A model generated the notes under the pieces. It was not told the origin of the DNA, ran no database searches, and worked only from the letters and a program-made list of their open reading frames with translations. From assembly GCA_026713245.1 (NCBI GenBank), contig JAPOOU010000246.1, positions 882 through 64,881 of the forward strand: a DNA stretch of 64,000 bases, in the 5' to 3' direction. The translations under genes were made by a program, and so were the position numbers. Of the stretch, positions 1-9,981 are shown piece after piece (position 1 is the first letter of the stretch; each line of letters opens with the position of its first letter). This DNA comes from Chloroflexota bacterium (GTDB lineage Bacteria; Chloroflexota; Anaerolineae; Aggregatilineales; Phototrophicaceae).

Positions 1-2295
<2,295 letters not shown>

Positions 2296-2323
2296 ATCGG
2301 GACTGCCGCAACCGTGGTAAGGT

Positions 2324-2842
2324 CTACGATGCGACCCACTTGGCGTCGATTGGCGGGGGCTCCGACGGCTGTACATGCCGGGAGCTCGTCGCAATTGTGC
2401 CATCCGAGGTGTAGCTCACCTGGCTCGTGGTACATCGCGGGCAAATGTTCCAGGCCAAGTCCAAGAGGTAGCCACACTCCACACAGGCTTTTTTCAGCCG
2501 GGCGTGGCAGTTAGGACAAGCCTGCCAGTCGTGTTGTACGCGTTGCGAGCAATTCGGACAGTTGGGCTTCTCTTCAATCTCCTGCAGCAACGCTTCTTCT
2601 TCCAAGGACCGTTCGTACACTTCTGAAAGCGTCTCTCTTGGTCGGAGTAAAATGTAAACAAATATACCGGGTACATTTAGCAAAAGCACCAACAAGGCGA
2701 CCAGCGCTTGCGCCAGGGGATCGCGGGAGCGCTGACGCATGTCGCGGTAGGCCCACATTACCAGGGAGAGCCAAACCGATGCCATAAAGACGGCGGCAAA
2801 TACTACAACGATTAGAAGGATGTCGTCGAAGCCTTCGGGCAT
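2324..2842 (-). CDS. Membrane-anchored double zinc-ribbon protein with a PLDc_N-like two-TM N-terminus
   Basis: Two N-terminal hydrophobic helices (WAYRDMRQRSRDP...YILLRPRE), then CPNC..x..CPNC and CVEC..x..CPRC pairs. Confidence 0.6.
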   Translation of the reverse strand: MPEGFDDILLIVVVFAAVFMASVWLSLVMWAYRDMRQRSRDPLAQALVALLVLLLNVPGIFVYILLRPRETLSEVYERSLEEEALLQEIEEKPNCPNCSQRVQHDWQACPNCHARLKKACVECGYLLDLAWNICPRCTTSQVSYTSDGTIATSSRHVQPSEPPPIDAKWVAS

Positions 2843-3097
2843 CTAGTTTTTTTCCGAGAAGCTGTATCTCACAGAAACCATACCAGCACGTTGAGCGGCA
2901 TGCGTAGGCGCGCTCGCCTTGGTAGCGCCGATTGCAGTAGGCTTGGACAACTAGTATATCAGCGCCCTAATATGCGTGCAATTCATTTAGCTGGGACTAC
3001 AAGCGATATGAGCTGAAGATTCTCGTTTGGGCGAAGGCAACTGATGTTGGAAAGACGCAGCCGCCAACTGTTTTGCAATCTATACATGAACCGGAGA

Positions 3098-4519
3098 CTA
3101 GCTTCCGCCTTCGGCTTCGGCCCCGTTGCCGTTCGATTTGTCGACCAGGAGTAGAATCTCGCTAACGATGGTATCGAACTGATGTCCCGAGGCTTCAAGC
3201 GCGATCCATGACAGACTTTCGGGATGATCGTTGGCGCCTATCACGCTTAACAGGTTCTCTGACTCAAAGGTGTACCAGGCCTGTTTATTTATGATCTCGT
3301 GTTCCTGAATGCAAGTGCTGCACAGCGTTGGGTAGTCGGCGATGACTTCCTTGTCAAAGTAGAATCCACGGATCCAAGTACGGCCTACCGCCAATCGATC
3401 CTCATATCTTAGTCGCAGCATAAGCGGGCATTCGCTGCCAAGAATGCCGCATTGGCTCAAGGACTGAGAACTCACGTAAAATGTTACGATGACCTTGATC
3501 GAATCGTAGTCGCTGACATCTATGCCGTCTTCGCCAAAGGGTTGCGTACACCGAACCTCGCCATGCGATGTGGCATTGTCTAGCCTGCGCAAGCGCAAAC
3601 CGAATCTGCCGTCGAACACCTCAAGTGAGAACATACCGCGCGGGTCGCTATCTTGCTCCACCAGGCATCCCCAGTTTGCTGGCAAGATCAATTCATCCCG
3701 GGGTGGACCTTGATCAGCGTATTGTATGCTGAACAATGAACTGGCCAACACGTTGCGGATCGTCGCGCGCGGTTCAATCGTTCGATTGCCGAGCCTTACA
3801 ACCAACTCTTGCCCCGCCGGTACAGTTCTCAGGCTTGACATATCGTCGGCGAAATAGGCGGACGCCCGGCCCATGACGTTGAGAATACGCACTTCATCGT
3901 CCGTTGCCGAAACGCGATAGCGGCCATCGTCAAGAAACTGAACTGACAGGCCACCCGCGGTCCCCACGCTCAGCAAGAATGGTTTGTTTTTTGCGCCGGT
4001 GACAAAAACATCTAGCTTGCCCTTCAAATTGGAGAAGCTGATACTGTGCTGATTCAGGCTCCAGTCAAAGCGTGGTCGGGAAGCGCGTTCAAAGGTGATG
4101 AAGGTGTTGCTCTGCAAAGCCACTGCCGCCAGTAACCTCGACGCGGCTCCTTCAAATGCCGGCACGTCGCGGAACTGAACTGTCGCTTGTGACAAGGAAT
4201 CTGTGCTGATGCTGGTCTGCGTATTTGTAAGGTCTTGACGTTCGCGTTGTACGGTTTCAACGAAGTCCGAACCGGTGACGCCTACTGTGCCTTGCGAGAC
4301 CTGCAAAACGGCCGGTATCGTTTCTGTAGACTGAAACAAGTACAGGTAGATTGCCAAGGCGGTCGTTATGGTAAGAACACAAAACATCCCAAATGCGAGC
4401 AAGAGAACCAGCCAGGCCATGCGTCCGGGCGAAATTGCGGAGCGGTATACCTGGCCGGACGGGTTTTCAAGCGAACCTTCGGGAACCTGCGTCACCGACG
4501 CTTGTTCTGCTTCAGTCAA
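3098..4519 (-). CDS. Hypothetical single-pass membrane protein with a large Cys-containing extracytoplasmic domain (possibly FecR-like)
   Basis: 473-aa ORF with one TM helix (WLVLLLAFGMFCVLTITTALAIYLYLF), beta-rich remainder and acidic/Gly tail. No motif I can assign. Confidence 0.5.
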   Translation of the reverse strand: MTEAEQASVTQVPEGSLENPSGQVYRSAISPGRMAWLVLLLAFGMFCVLTITTALAIYLYLFQSTETIPAVLQVSQGTVGVTGSDFVETVQRERQDLTNTQTSISTDSLSQATVQFRDVPAFEGAASRLLAAVALQSNTFITFERASRPRFDWSLNQHSISFSNLKGKLDVFVTGAKNKPFLLSVGTAGGLSVQFLDDGRYRVSATDDEVRILNVMGRASAYFADDMSSLRTVPAGQELVVRLGNRTIEPRATIRNVLASSLFSIQYADQGPPRDELILPANWGCLVEQDSDPRGMFSLEVFDGRFGLRLRRLDNATSHGEVRCTQPFGEDGIDVSDYDSIKVIVTFYVSSQSLSQCGILGSECPLMLRLRYEDRLAVGRTWIRGFYFDKEVIADYPTLCSTCIQEHEIINKQAWYTFESENLLSVIGANDHPESLSWIALEASGHQFDTIVSEILLLVDKSNGNGAEAEGGS

Positions 4520-4649
4520 ATGTCTACCTCAATACAACGAAAATCGCGCTGCGGCAACAAGATAATTATAACATCCGCACACTGTATTGTCGCAGAGAAT
4601 TTCATGTATAATTGCGAAATAGAAAAGGACTCATCGGGGAAATCGGGGA

Positions 4650-5396
4650 ATGTCCGGTCACAGCAAGTGGTCCACCATAAAACGCAAAAAGGGAGCCGAA
4701 GACGCCAAACGCGCCAAGATTTTCACTCGTCTGGGGCGAGAGATTATGGTAGCGGCCCGCGAAGGGGGCGGGGACGAAGGAACGAACCCGAGGCTTAAAT
4801 TGGCAGTAAGCAAGGCGCGCGCTGCAAATATGCCCAAAGACAACATTGAGCGCGCTATCAAGAAAGGGACCGGTGAAATCGCCGGGGGCGAGCTCGTCGA
4901 AATCGTATACGAAGGCTATGGGCCGGAAGGCGTCGCCTATATTGTCGAGATAATGACTGACAATAAGAACCGCGCTTTGGCGGAAATCAAGCATGCATTC
5001 AGCAAGCATGAAGGCAGCTTGGCTACCTCCGGCGCTGTCATGTGGCAATTCGATCAGAAGGGTTATTTGACAATCAGAAGTTCAGCGGATTTCGACGACG
5101 TATTCATGCAGGCGGCGGATGCGGGCGCCGATGACGTGGTTGAAGAAGACGGAATCATCGCTGTCTATACGCCGCGCGACGAGTTTGGCGCCGTTGAACA
5201 AGCCCTTGGCGCCGCCGGTTTTGAATTTGAAGACAGCGAGTTGCGCTGGTTCCCGCAGAACGAGATGGATGTATCGCGCGGCAAGGCGCTGCAAAACATG
5301 CGTCTGATGGAACAATTGGAGGAGTCGGACGATGTCCAGTCGGTAGCTTCAAACCTCAATATCACCGACGATGTTTTGGCGGCCTTCGAGTCCTAG
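4650..5396 (+). CDS. yebC: YebC/PmpR-family transcriptional regulator
   Basis: MSGHSKWSTIKRKKGAEDAKRAKIFT... is the canonical YebC N-terminus, and the length is typical of the family. It precedes ruvC as in many bacteria. Confidence 0.92.
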   Translation: MSGHSKWSTIKRKKGAEDAKRAKIFTRLGREIMVAAREGGGDEGTNPRLKLAVSKARAANMPKDNIERAIKKGTGEIAGGELVEIVYEGYGPEGVAYIVEIMTDNKNRALAEIKHAFSKHEGSLATSGAVMWQFDQKGYLTIRSSADFDDVFMQAADAGADDVVEEDGIIAVYTPRDEFGAVEQALGAAGFEFEDSELRWFPQNEMDVSRGKALQNMRLMEQLEESDDVQSVASNLNITDDVLAAFES

Positions 5397-5397
5397 G

Positions 5398-5892
5398 ATG
5401 ATATCGCTTGGTATAGACCCTGGAACGGCGAGCCTGGGATACGGATTCGTTCGCGAGCGTCCAGACAGCTCACTGGAAGCGGTGCATTTCGGGGTTATCC
5501 GAACGCGAGCCAGCACAGCCATGCCCGAACGACTGTTCAACATTAATCAGGAACTGGGGCGGCTGATCACCGCATTTGAGCCGGATCGCGCCGGAGTCGA
5601 AGAATTATTCTTCTCCAGGAATGTGACGACCGCAATGACAGTGGCGCAAGCGCGCGGCGTGGTTCTCTTGACCCTGCAAAGCGCCAGCATCCCGGTGGCC
5701 GAATACAAGCCGAATCTGGTTAAGCAAGCGGTAACGGGATATGGCGGCGCGGACAAATCGCAAATGGGGGAAATGGTTCGCCTGCTGCTCAACCTCGACA
5801 CGGCGCCGAAGCCGGACGATGCGGCGGATGCGCTAGCTGTCGCGATAACGGACATTCATAGCTATCGCTTAAATACAGTTCACCCTCTTTGA
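5398..5892 (+). CDS. ruvC: Crossover junction endodeoxyribonuclease RuvC
   Basis: MISLGIDPGTASLGYG start motif and C-terminal DAADALAVAI. ATG at 5398 chosen over the longer ORF start at 5371, which overlaps yebC. Confidence 0.9.
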   Translation: MISLGIDPGTASLGYGFVRERPDSSLEAVHFGVIRTRASTAMPERLFNINQELGRLITAFEPDRAGVEELFFSRNVTTAMTVAQARGVVLLTLQSASIPVAEYKPNLVKQAVTGYGGADKSQMGEMVRLLLNLDTAPKPDDAADALAVAITDIHSYRLNTVHPL

Positions 5893-5992
5893 GGTGTCGC
5901 TAGCTAATAGACCGTGTTGCCGGGCTAGTGGAAGGATTCTTGGATTTGTGTGAGCGTAACAGAAAAATTCGCTGGCCCCGAGCGACTTTACG

Positions 5993-6568
5993 ATGATCGC
6001 CACCCTGGAAGGACGCGTTGGCTTCAAGGACTCGGATCGAATTGTTGTCTTGGTAGCCGGCATCGGACTTGAAGTGCTGGCGCCCTTCAGTACGCTGGAG
6101 AAAGTAACCGGAGACCAAGTCTTTCTCCATACACGGCTTGTGGTCCGCGAAGATTCATTAACCTTGTATGGTTTCGCCAGCGAGGCCGAGCGCGACCTTT
6201 TTGATAGCTTCATAAAGATCAGCGGCATTGGTCCCAAGCTGGCGATTACAATTCTCAGTTCGCTCAGTGTTGACAACGTGCGTGGCGCGGTGACAAACGA
6301 TCGGCCCGAGATACTCAGTCGGGTGCCGGGTATTGGAATGAAGACCGCAGAGAAGATCGTATTGGAATTGCGCGACAAATTGGCTACAGTCCTGGACAGT
6401 GCTCCTTTCGACGACGCCAGTACGATCAACGCCGATGTGATTGATGCCTTGACAGCCCTCGGATACAGTGTGATTGAAGCCCAAACCGCGGTCCAGGCGC
6501 TGCCGCTTGACGCCCCGGAAGACGAGGAGTCGCGAGTATTTCTGGCGCTGCAATACCTGGGTGTTTGA
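5993..6568 (+). CDS. ruvA: Holliday junction DNA helicase subunit RuvA
   Basis: MIATLEGRV..., two helix-hairpin-helix motifs (ISGIGPKLA, VPGIGMKTAEKI) and a C-terminal domain III. Confidence 0.9.
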   Translation: MIATLEGRVGFKDSDRIVVLVAGIGLEVLAPFSTLEKVTGDQVFLHTRLVVREDSLTLYGFASEAERDLFDSFIKISGIGPKLAITILSSLSVDNVRGAVTNDRPEILSRVPGIGMKTAEKIVLELRDKLATVLDSAPFDDASTINADVIDALTALGYSVIEAQTAVQALPLDAPEDEESRVFLALQYLGV

Positions 6569-6632
6569 GTTTGCTCCAGTGCAAAGCGCTCATTTCTTGT
6601 TTTGATAAGTCGCAATAGGCCCGGAATGACAG

Positions 6633-7352
6633 ATGTCCCAATCCTTGATAGGAAAGCGCGTCGACGTACTCGACAAGGGGTGGATAGAACTTGTCGACAT
6701 GATGCCGCATCCCGATTCTGATGTCTCCGGCGATCTAGCCATCGTCAATGCCGCGCGCGTTAGCTTCCTGGGCGAAAGCAAGGGACCCGATCGCGACAAG
6801 AAACTGTTGTTTTTCCTGCTGCGAAACCGCCATACGTCGCCCTTTGAAATGGTTGAATTCAAGTTTCGCGTACGAGCTCCGCTGGTGACGTGGTGGCAAT
6901 GGGTCCGTCATCGCACCTGGAACATGAATGCGCAATCGGGGCGCTATACGCCCTTCCAGGAGAGCGACTTCTATGTGCCCGATGTCTGGCGCAAACAGAG
7001 CAAAGACAATAAGCAAGCCAGCGAAGGCGTTCTCGACGAGGCAGAAAGCGACGACCTGACAGGCAAACTTCTCGAACACTATGACGAGGGATACCGGCTG
7101 TATACCGAAGCGCTTGGCAAGGGCGTGTCCAAGGAAATGGCTCGTCTCTTCCTGCCCGGCTTCAGCGTGTATTACACTTGGGTTGCCAAGATCGACGCGC
7201 ACAATCTCATGCACTTCTTGCGCCTGCGCATGGCGCGCGACGCCCAATATGAGATCAGAGTATTCGCTGCTGCCATGCACGAACATTTTTTTGAACCGGC
7301 TCTGCCCTGGACGGCCGAAGCGTTCGCGAAATACATTTTGAAAGCCGAATAA
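6633..7352 (+). CDS. thyX: FAD-dependent thymidylate synthase ThyX
   Basis: ThyX signature region RHRTWNMNAQSGRY with typical length and N-terminus. See finding on the Ser-to-Asn change. Confidence 0.85.
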   Translation: MSQSLIGKRVDVLDKGWIELVDMMPHPDSDVSGDLAIVNAARVSFLGESKGPDRDKKLLFFLLRNRHTSPFEMVEFKFRVRAPLVTWWQWVRHRTWNMNAQSGRYTPFQESDFYVPDVWRKQSKDNKQASEGVLDEAESDDLTGKLLEHYDEGYRLYTEALGKGVSKEMARLFLPGFSVYYTWVAKIDAHNLMHFLRLRMARDAQYEIRVFAAAMHEHFFEPALPWTAEAFAKYILKAE

Positions 7353-7359
7353 TGCTTAC

Positions 7360-7761
7360 CTATTCCGCAAGTTGAATATCGTCGTGACGGTTGATCAGAA
7401 AAGCTGAGGCGCGATCGAAGTATTCGCGCATCTGCTCTCGCGCCAAGCCGTCGATCCCGGCTTCATCAATCGCTTCCAACATGTGCTGCAACCAGTGATC
7501 CCGCGCGCGGCGATCGATCGCAAAGGGGAAGTGACGCATACGAAGCCGCGGGTGCCCGCGTTCCTCCGAATACCGGCTGGGACCGCCAAAGAACTGAATC
7601 AGAAACAAGCGTTGCCGGCGCTTGCTCTCCTCCATGTCGTCGGGGAACATGGGCCGCAGAACGGGATCTTGATAGACTTTGGCGTAAAAGACGTCCACCA
7701 TCTTGCGGATCGGCTCTTCCCCGCCGAGCATTTCGTAAACACTCTGGATTTTAGCGCTCAA
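7360..7761 (-). CDS. Group 2 truncated hemoglobin (trHbO-like globin)
   Basis: 133 aa. FYAKVYQDPVLRPMFP...QFFGGPSRYSEERGHPRLRMRHFPF matches the 2-on-2 globin pattern. Confidence 0.8.
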   Translation of the reverse strand: MSAKIQSVYEMLGGEEPIRKMVDVFYAKVYQDPVLRPMFPDDMEESKRRQRLFLIQFFGGPSRYSEERGHPRLRMRHFPFAIDRRARDHWLQHMLEAIDEAGIDGLAREQMREYFDRASAFLINRHDDIQLAE

Positions 7762-7872
7762 GATAATTTGACCTTTGTACTGCAGTTCATCATTTTATGA
7801 GACATTTTCTCGACGTCGCCGCCCGAGCCGGCCCGTCTCGTTACCGGCGTCAACAGCTTCACAAACTATGAC

Positions 7873-7900
7873 TTTACAATCGCAGACCTAATTGTACAAT
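7873..7900 (+). promoter_or_regulatory. Candidate sigma70-type promoter (TTTACA-16 nt-TACAAT) for the PstS-like gene
   Basis: Hexamers read directly from the sequence, about 40 nt upstream of the ATG at 7942. Confidence 0.35.
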
Positions 7901-7941
7901 CCTTCGGACAACTTACGGTACGCGCCAGGAGTTCTCGCTCG

Positions 7942-9843
7942 ATGAGACATTTTCGTAATTGCCTCGCTTTGCTCTGCCTGCTCACGCTCTTGTGGTCGGC
8001 CTATATCTCCATCGCTCAAGATGACAATGGCATTTCGATTGTCGGCTCGAGGATCATGAGCGAAGTCCTGGTTTCCTTGGGCGAAGCCGCAGCCATAGAG
8101 TCCCTCAGTATTTCTGCGAAGGGCACGTCCCGTGGTATCGATGTATTTTGTAACGGAGATATTGATGTCGTTGTGGCTTCGCGAGCGATCAGCGCTGCCG
8201 AAGACCTGATCTGCGGGGCGAATGAAGTTGCTCACAGCGAATTCCTTATTGCGCACAAAATCATTGCCTTCGCCGCGCATCACGCGGCGCCGCTTTCCTG
8301 TATTTCCAGCAGCGAACTGGATTCTCTTCTGAAACCCTCCTCCAGCAATCAAGCTTCCGATTGGGCGGACTACGCGCCGGACGCAGATACGCTTCCTGTC
8401 GTGATTTTTGTGCCACCTGCGAATTCGCTTGAGTACGCCATTGCTGACAGCAATATCGTGGGTGATCAACTTCGCAATGATGTCGAATCGTATGACGCGG
8501 TCGATGACGCGGTCGCAAGACTCGGCGAAACCGAAGGCGCGCTCGCGATTCTGCCCTTTATGCCTGCTTTGGCAAGCGACGAGCTGATCAAAGTGATCGA
8601 GACCAGGAGTGCCGACGATTCTAATTGTGTCAGCCCATCCGCAGAGAATCTCGAGTCCGGCCTTTATCCATTCGCGCAATCCTACTTTTTGTACGTGAAT
8701 AGAGCGCGCATGTCGGACAAGAAGCTGCTCAAAGACTTCGTGCAAATGTTGATTAGTCCGGCATCAGCGGACACTTTCGAGGCGTTTGGATTTACCCCGG
8801 CTACACCGGATACTTATGACGTAAACGCGCGAATGTTAAGTAATCCCGATGCGACGATTGCTGTTGGCGGTGGGGAGACAGCATTCGAGATTCCTGAAGT
8901 GCTCACCGGCGACGTCAACATCAGCGGTTCCGCTAACGCCTATCAGTTGCTGGATCGCGTCTCATCACGCTTGTCTGGAGATGGCGCTCAACTTCGGGTC
9001 AGCATCAATGCAGTTGGGCAGTCAGCCGGGGTCGCAAGCCTTTGCGCCGGTGAAGTTGATTTAGCGATCGTCGACTCTCCGACGCATTCGCTCGATATGA
9101 CCACCTGCGACGAGAGCGATGTCGACACAGTTTCCATCGATATCGGCAATCACACAACGGTATTGCTGGGTAATGAGGCCGATCGGCACACCACGTGCTT
9201 GACGTTGGAGCAAATTGATTCGATTTGGAATGCATCGTCAACAGACACGATCACAGCCTGGAACGACATCGACGCCTCTTTGCCGGAACAAACAATAACG
9301 CTATTCGGCTTGACGTCGGTCGATCGCTATGCGGACATCCTGCTACAGGGCACCCACGAAACAGCGCCACCTATCAGGCGCGATACTGAACAGGATTTCG
9401 ATCACTTATACCGGGCGGCCGCTGTAGGAAACGTGGAAGGCTCGCTTACCTATATGGCCTGGCCGGATTACCGGGAAGTGCTGGATAAGCAACAATCAAA
9501 TGTGCGTCTTGTCAGTGTAGATGCCGGATCCGGCTGCGTATCGCCCGGCGCCGAAACGATAGTGAACGGCACGTACCCGCTGTCGCGTCCAGCCGGCCTG
9601 TTGGCAAACGAAATGGCATTGACCGACATTAATGTTCAGTCCCTGCTTTGGAGCTTATTCTCCGACGATAACTGGCAACTCCTCGAATTCGAAGAATTCT
9701 TTGGCATCGAACGAGCCGATCTGCCCGCCCGGCGCAGACAACTGGAGACTCTCTTCAGGCAGGCGGCATCCAAAGCGCCTCCAACTGAGGAATCCGTGCA
9801 ACAAGCGGACGGTGACGAAGCAACAGAAGACTCATCCGAATAA
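7942..9843 (+). CDS. Secreted protein with two tandem PstS-like (type 2 periplasmic binding protein) domains
   Basis: Signal peptide (LALLCLLTLLWSAYISIAQ). GTSRGIDVFCNGDIDVVVASRAIS, then a second GQSAGVASLCAGEVDLAIVDS, resemble the PstS GSG-G...D-G-ASR motif. Acidic C-terminal tail. Confidence 0.6.
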   Translation: MRHFRNCLALLCLLTLLWSAYISIAQDDNGISIVGSRIMSEVLVSLGEAAAIESLSISAKGTSRGIDVFCNGDIDVVVASRAISAAEDLICGANEVAHSEFLIAHKIIAFAAHHAAPLSCISSSELDSLLKPSSSNQASDWADYAPDADTLPVVIFVPPANSLEYAIADSNIVGDQLRNDVESYDAVDDAVARLGETEGALAILPFMPALASDELIKVIETRSADDSNCVSPSAENLESGLYPFAQSYFLYVNRARMSDKKLLKDFVQMLISPASADTFEAFGFTPATPDTYDVNARMLSNPDATIAVGGGETAFEIPEVLTGDVNISGSANAYQLLDRVSSRLSGDGAQLRVSINAVGQSAGVASLCAGEVDLAIVDSPTHSLDMTTCDESDVDTVSIDIGNHTTVLLGNEADRHTTCLTLEQIDSIWNASSTDTITAWNDIDASLPEQTITLFGLTSVDRYADILLQGTHETAPPIRRDTEQDFDHLYRAAAVGNVEGSLTYMAWPDYREVLDKQQSNVRLVSVDAGSGCVSPGAETIVNGTYPLSRPAGLLANEMALTDINVQSLLWSLFSDDNWQLLEFEEFFGIERADLPARRRQLETLFRQAASKAPPTEESVQQADGDEATEDSSE

Positions 9844-9981
9844 GTGTTGCGGCCAATTCTGGACAGATACCCCGTAGGTAGAGACTGGCATCCGCCGGAT
9901 GGCAGGCGCTGGACAATTACGCCCGTTCGTACCCGTGCTATACTCTAACGGCGTCAGAATGGCATTGGATGGGAGACTTGC

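Noticed and set aside
5869-6615. 248-aa ORF antisense to ruvA
   Set aside because: It fully overlaps a well-supported gene on the opposite strand. The Ser/Arg/Ala-rich composition is typical of antisense frames in GC-rich DNA, and there is no motif.
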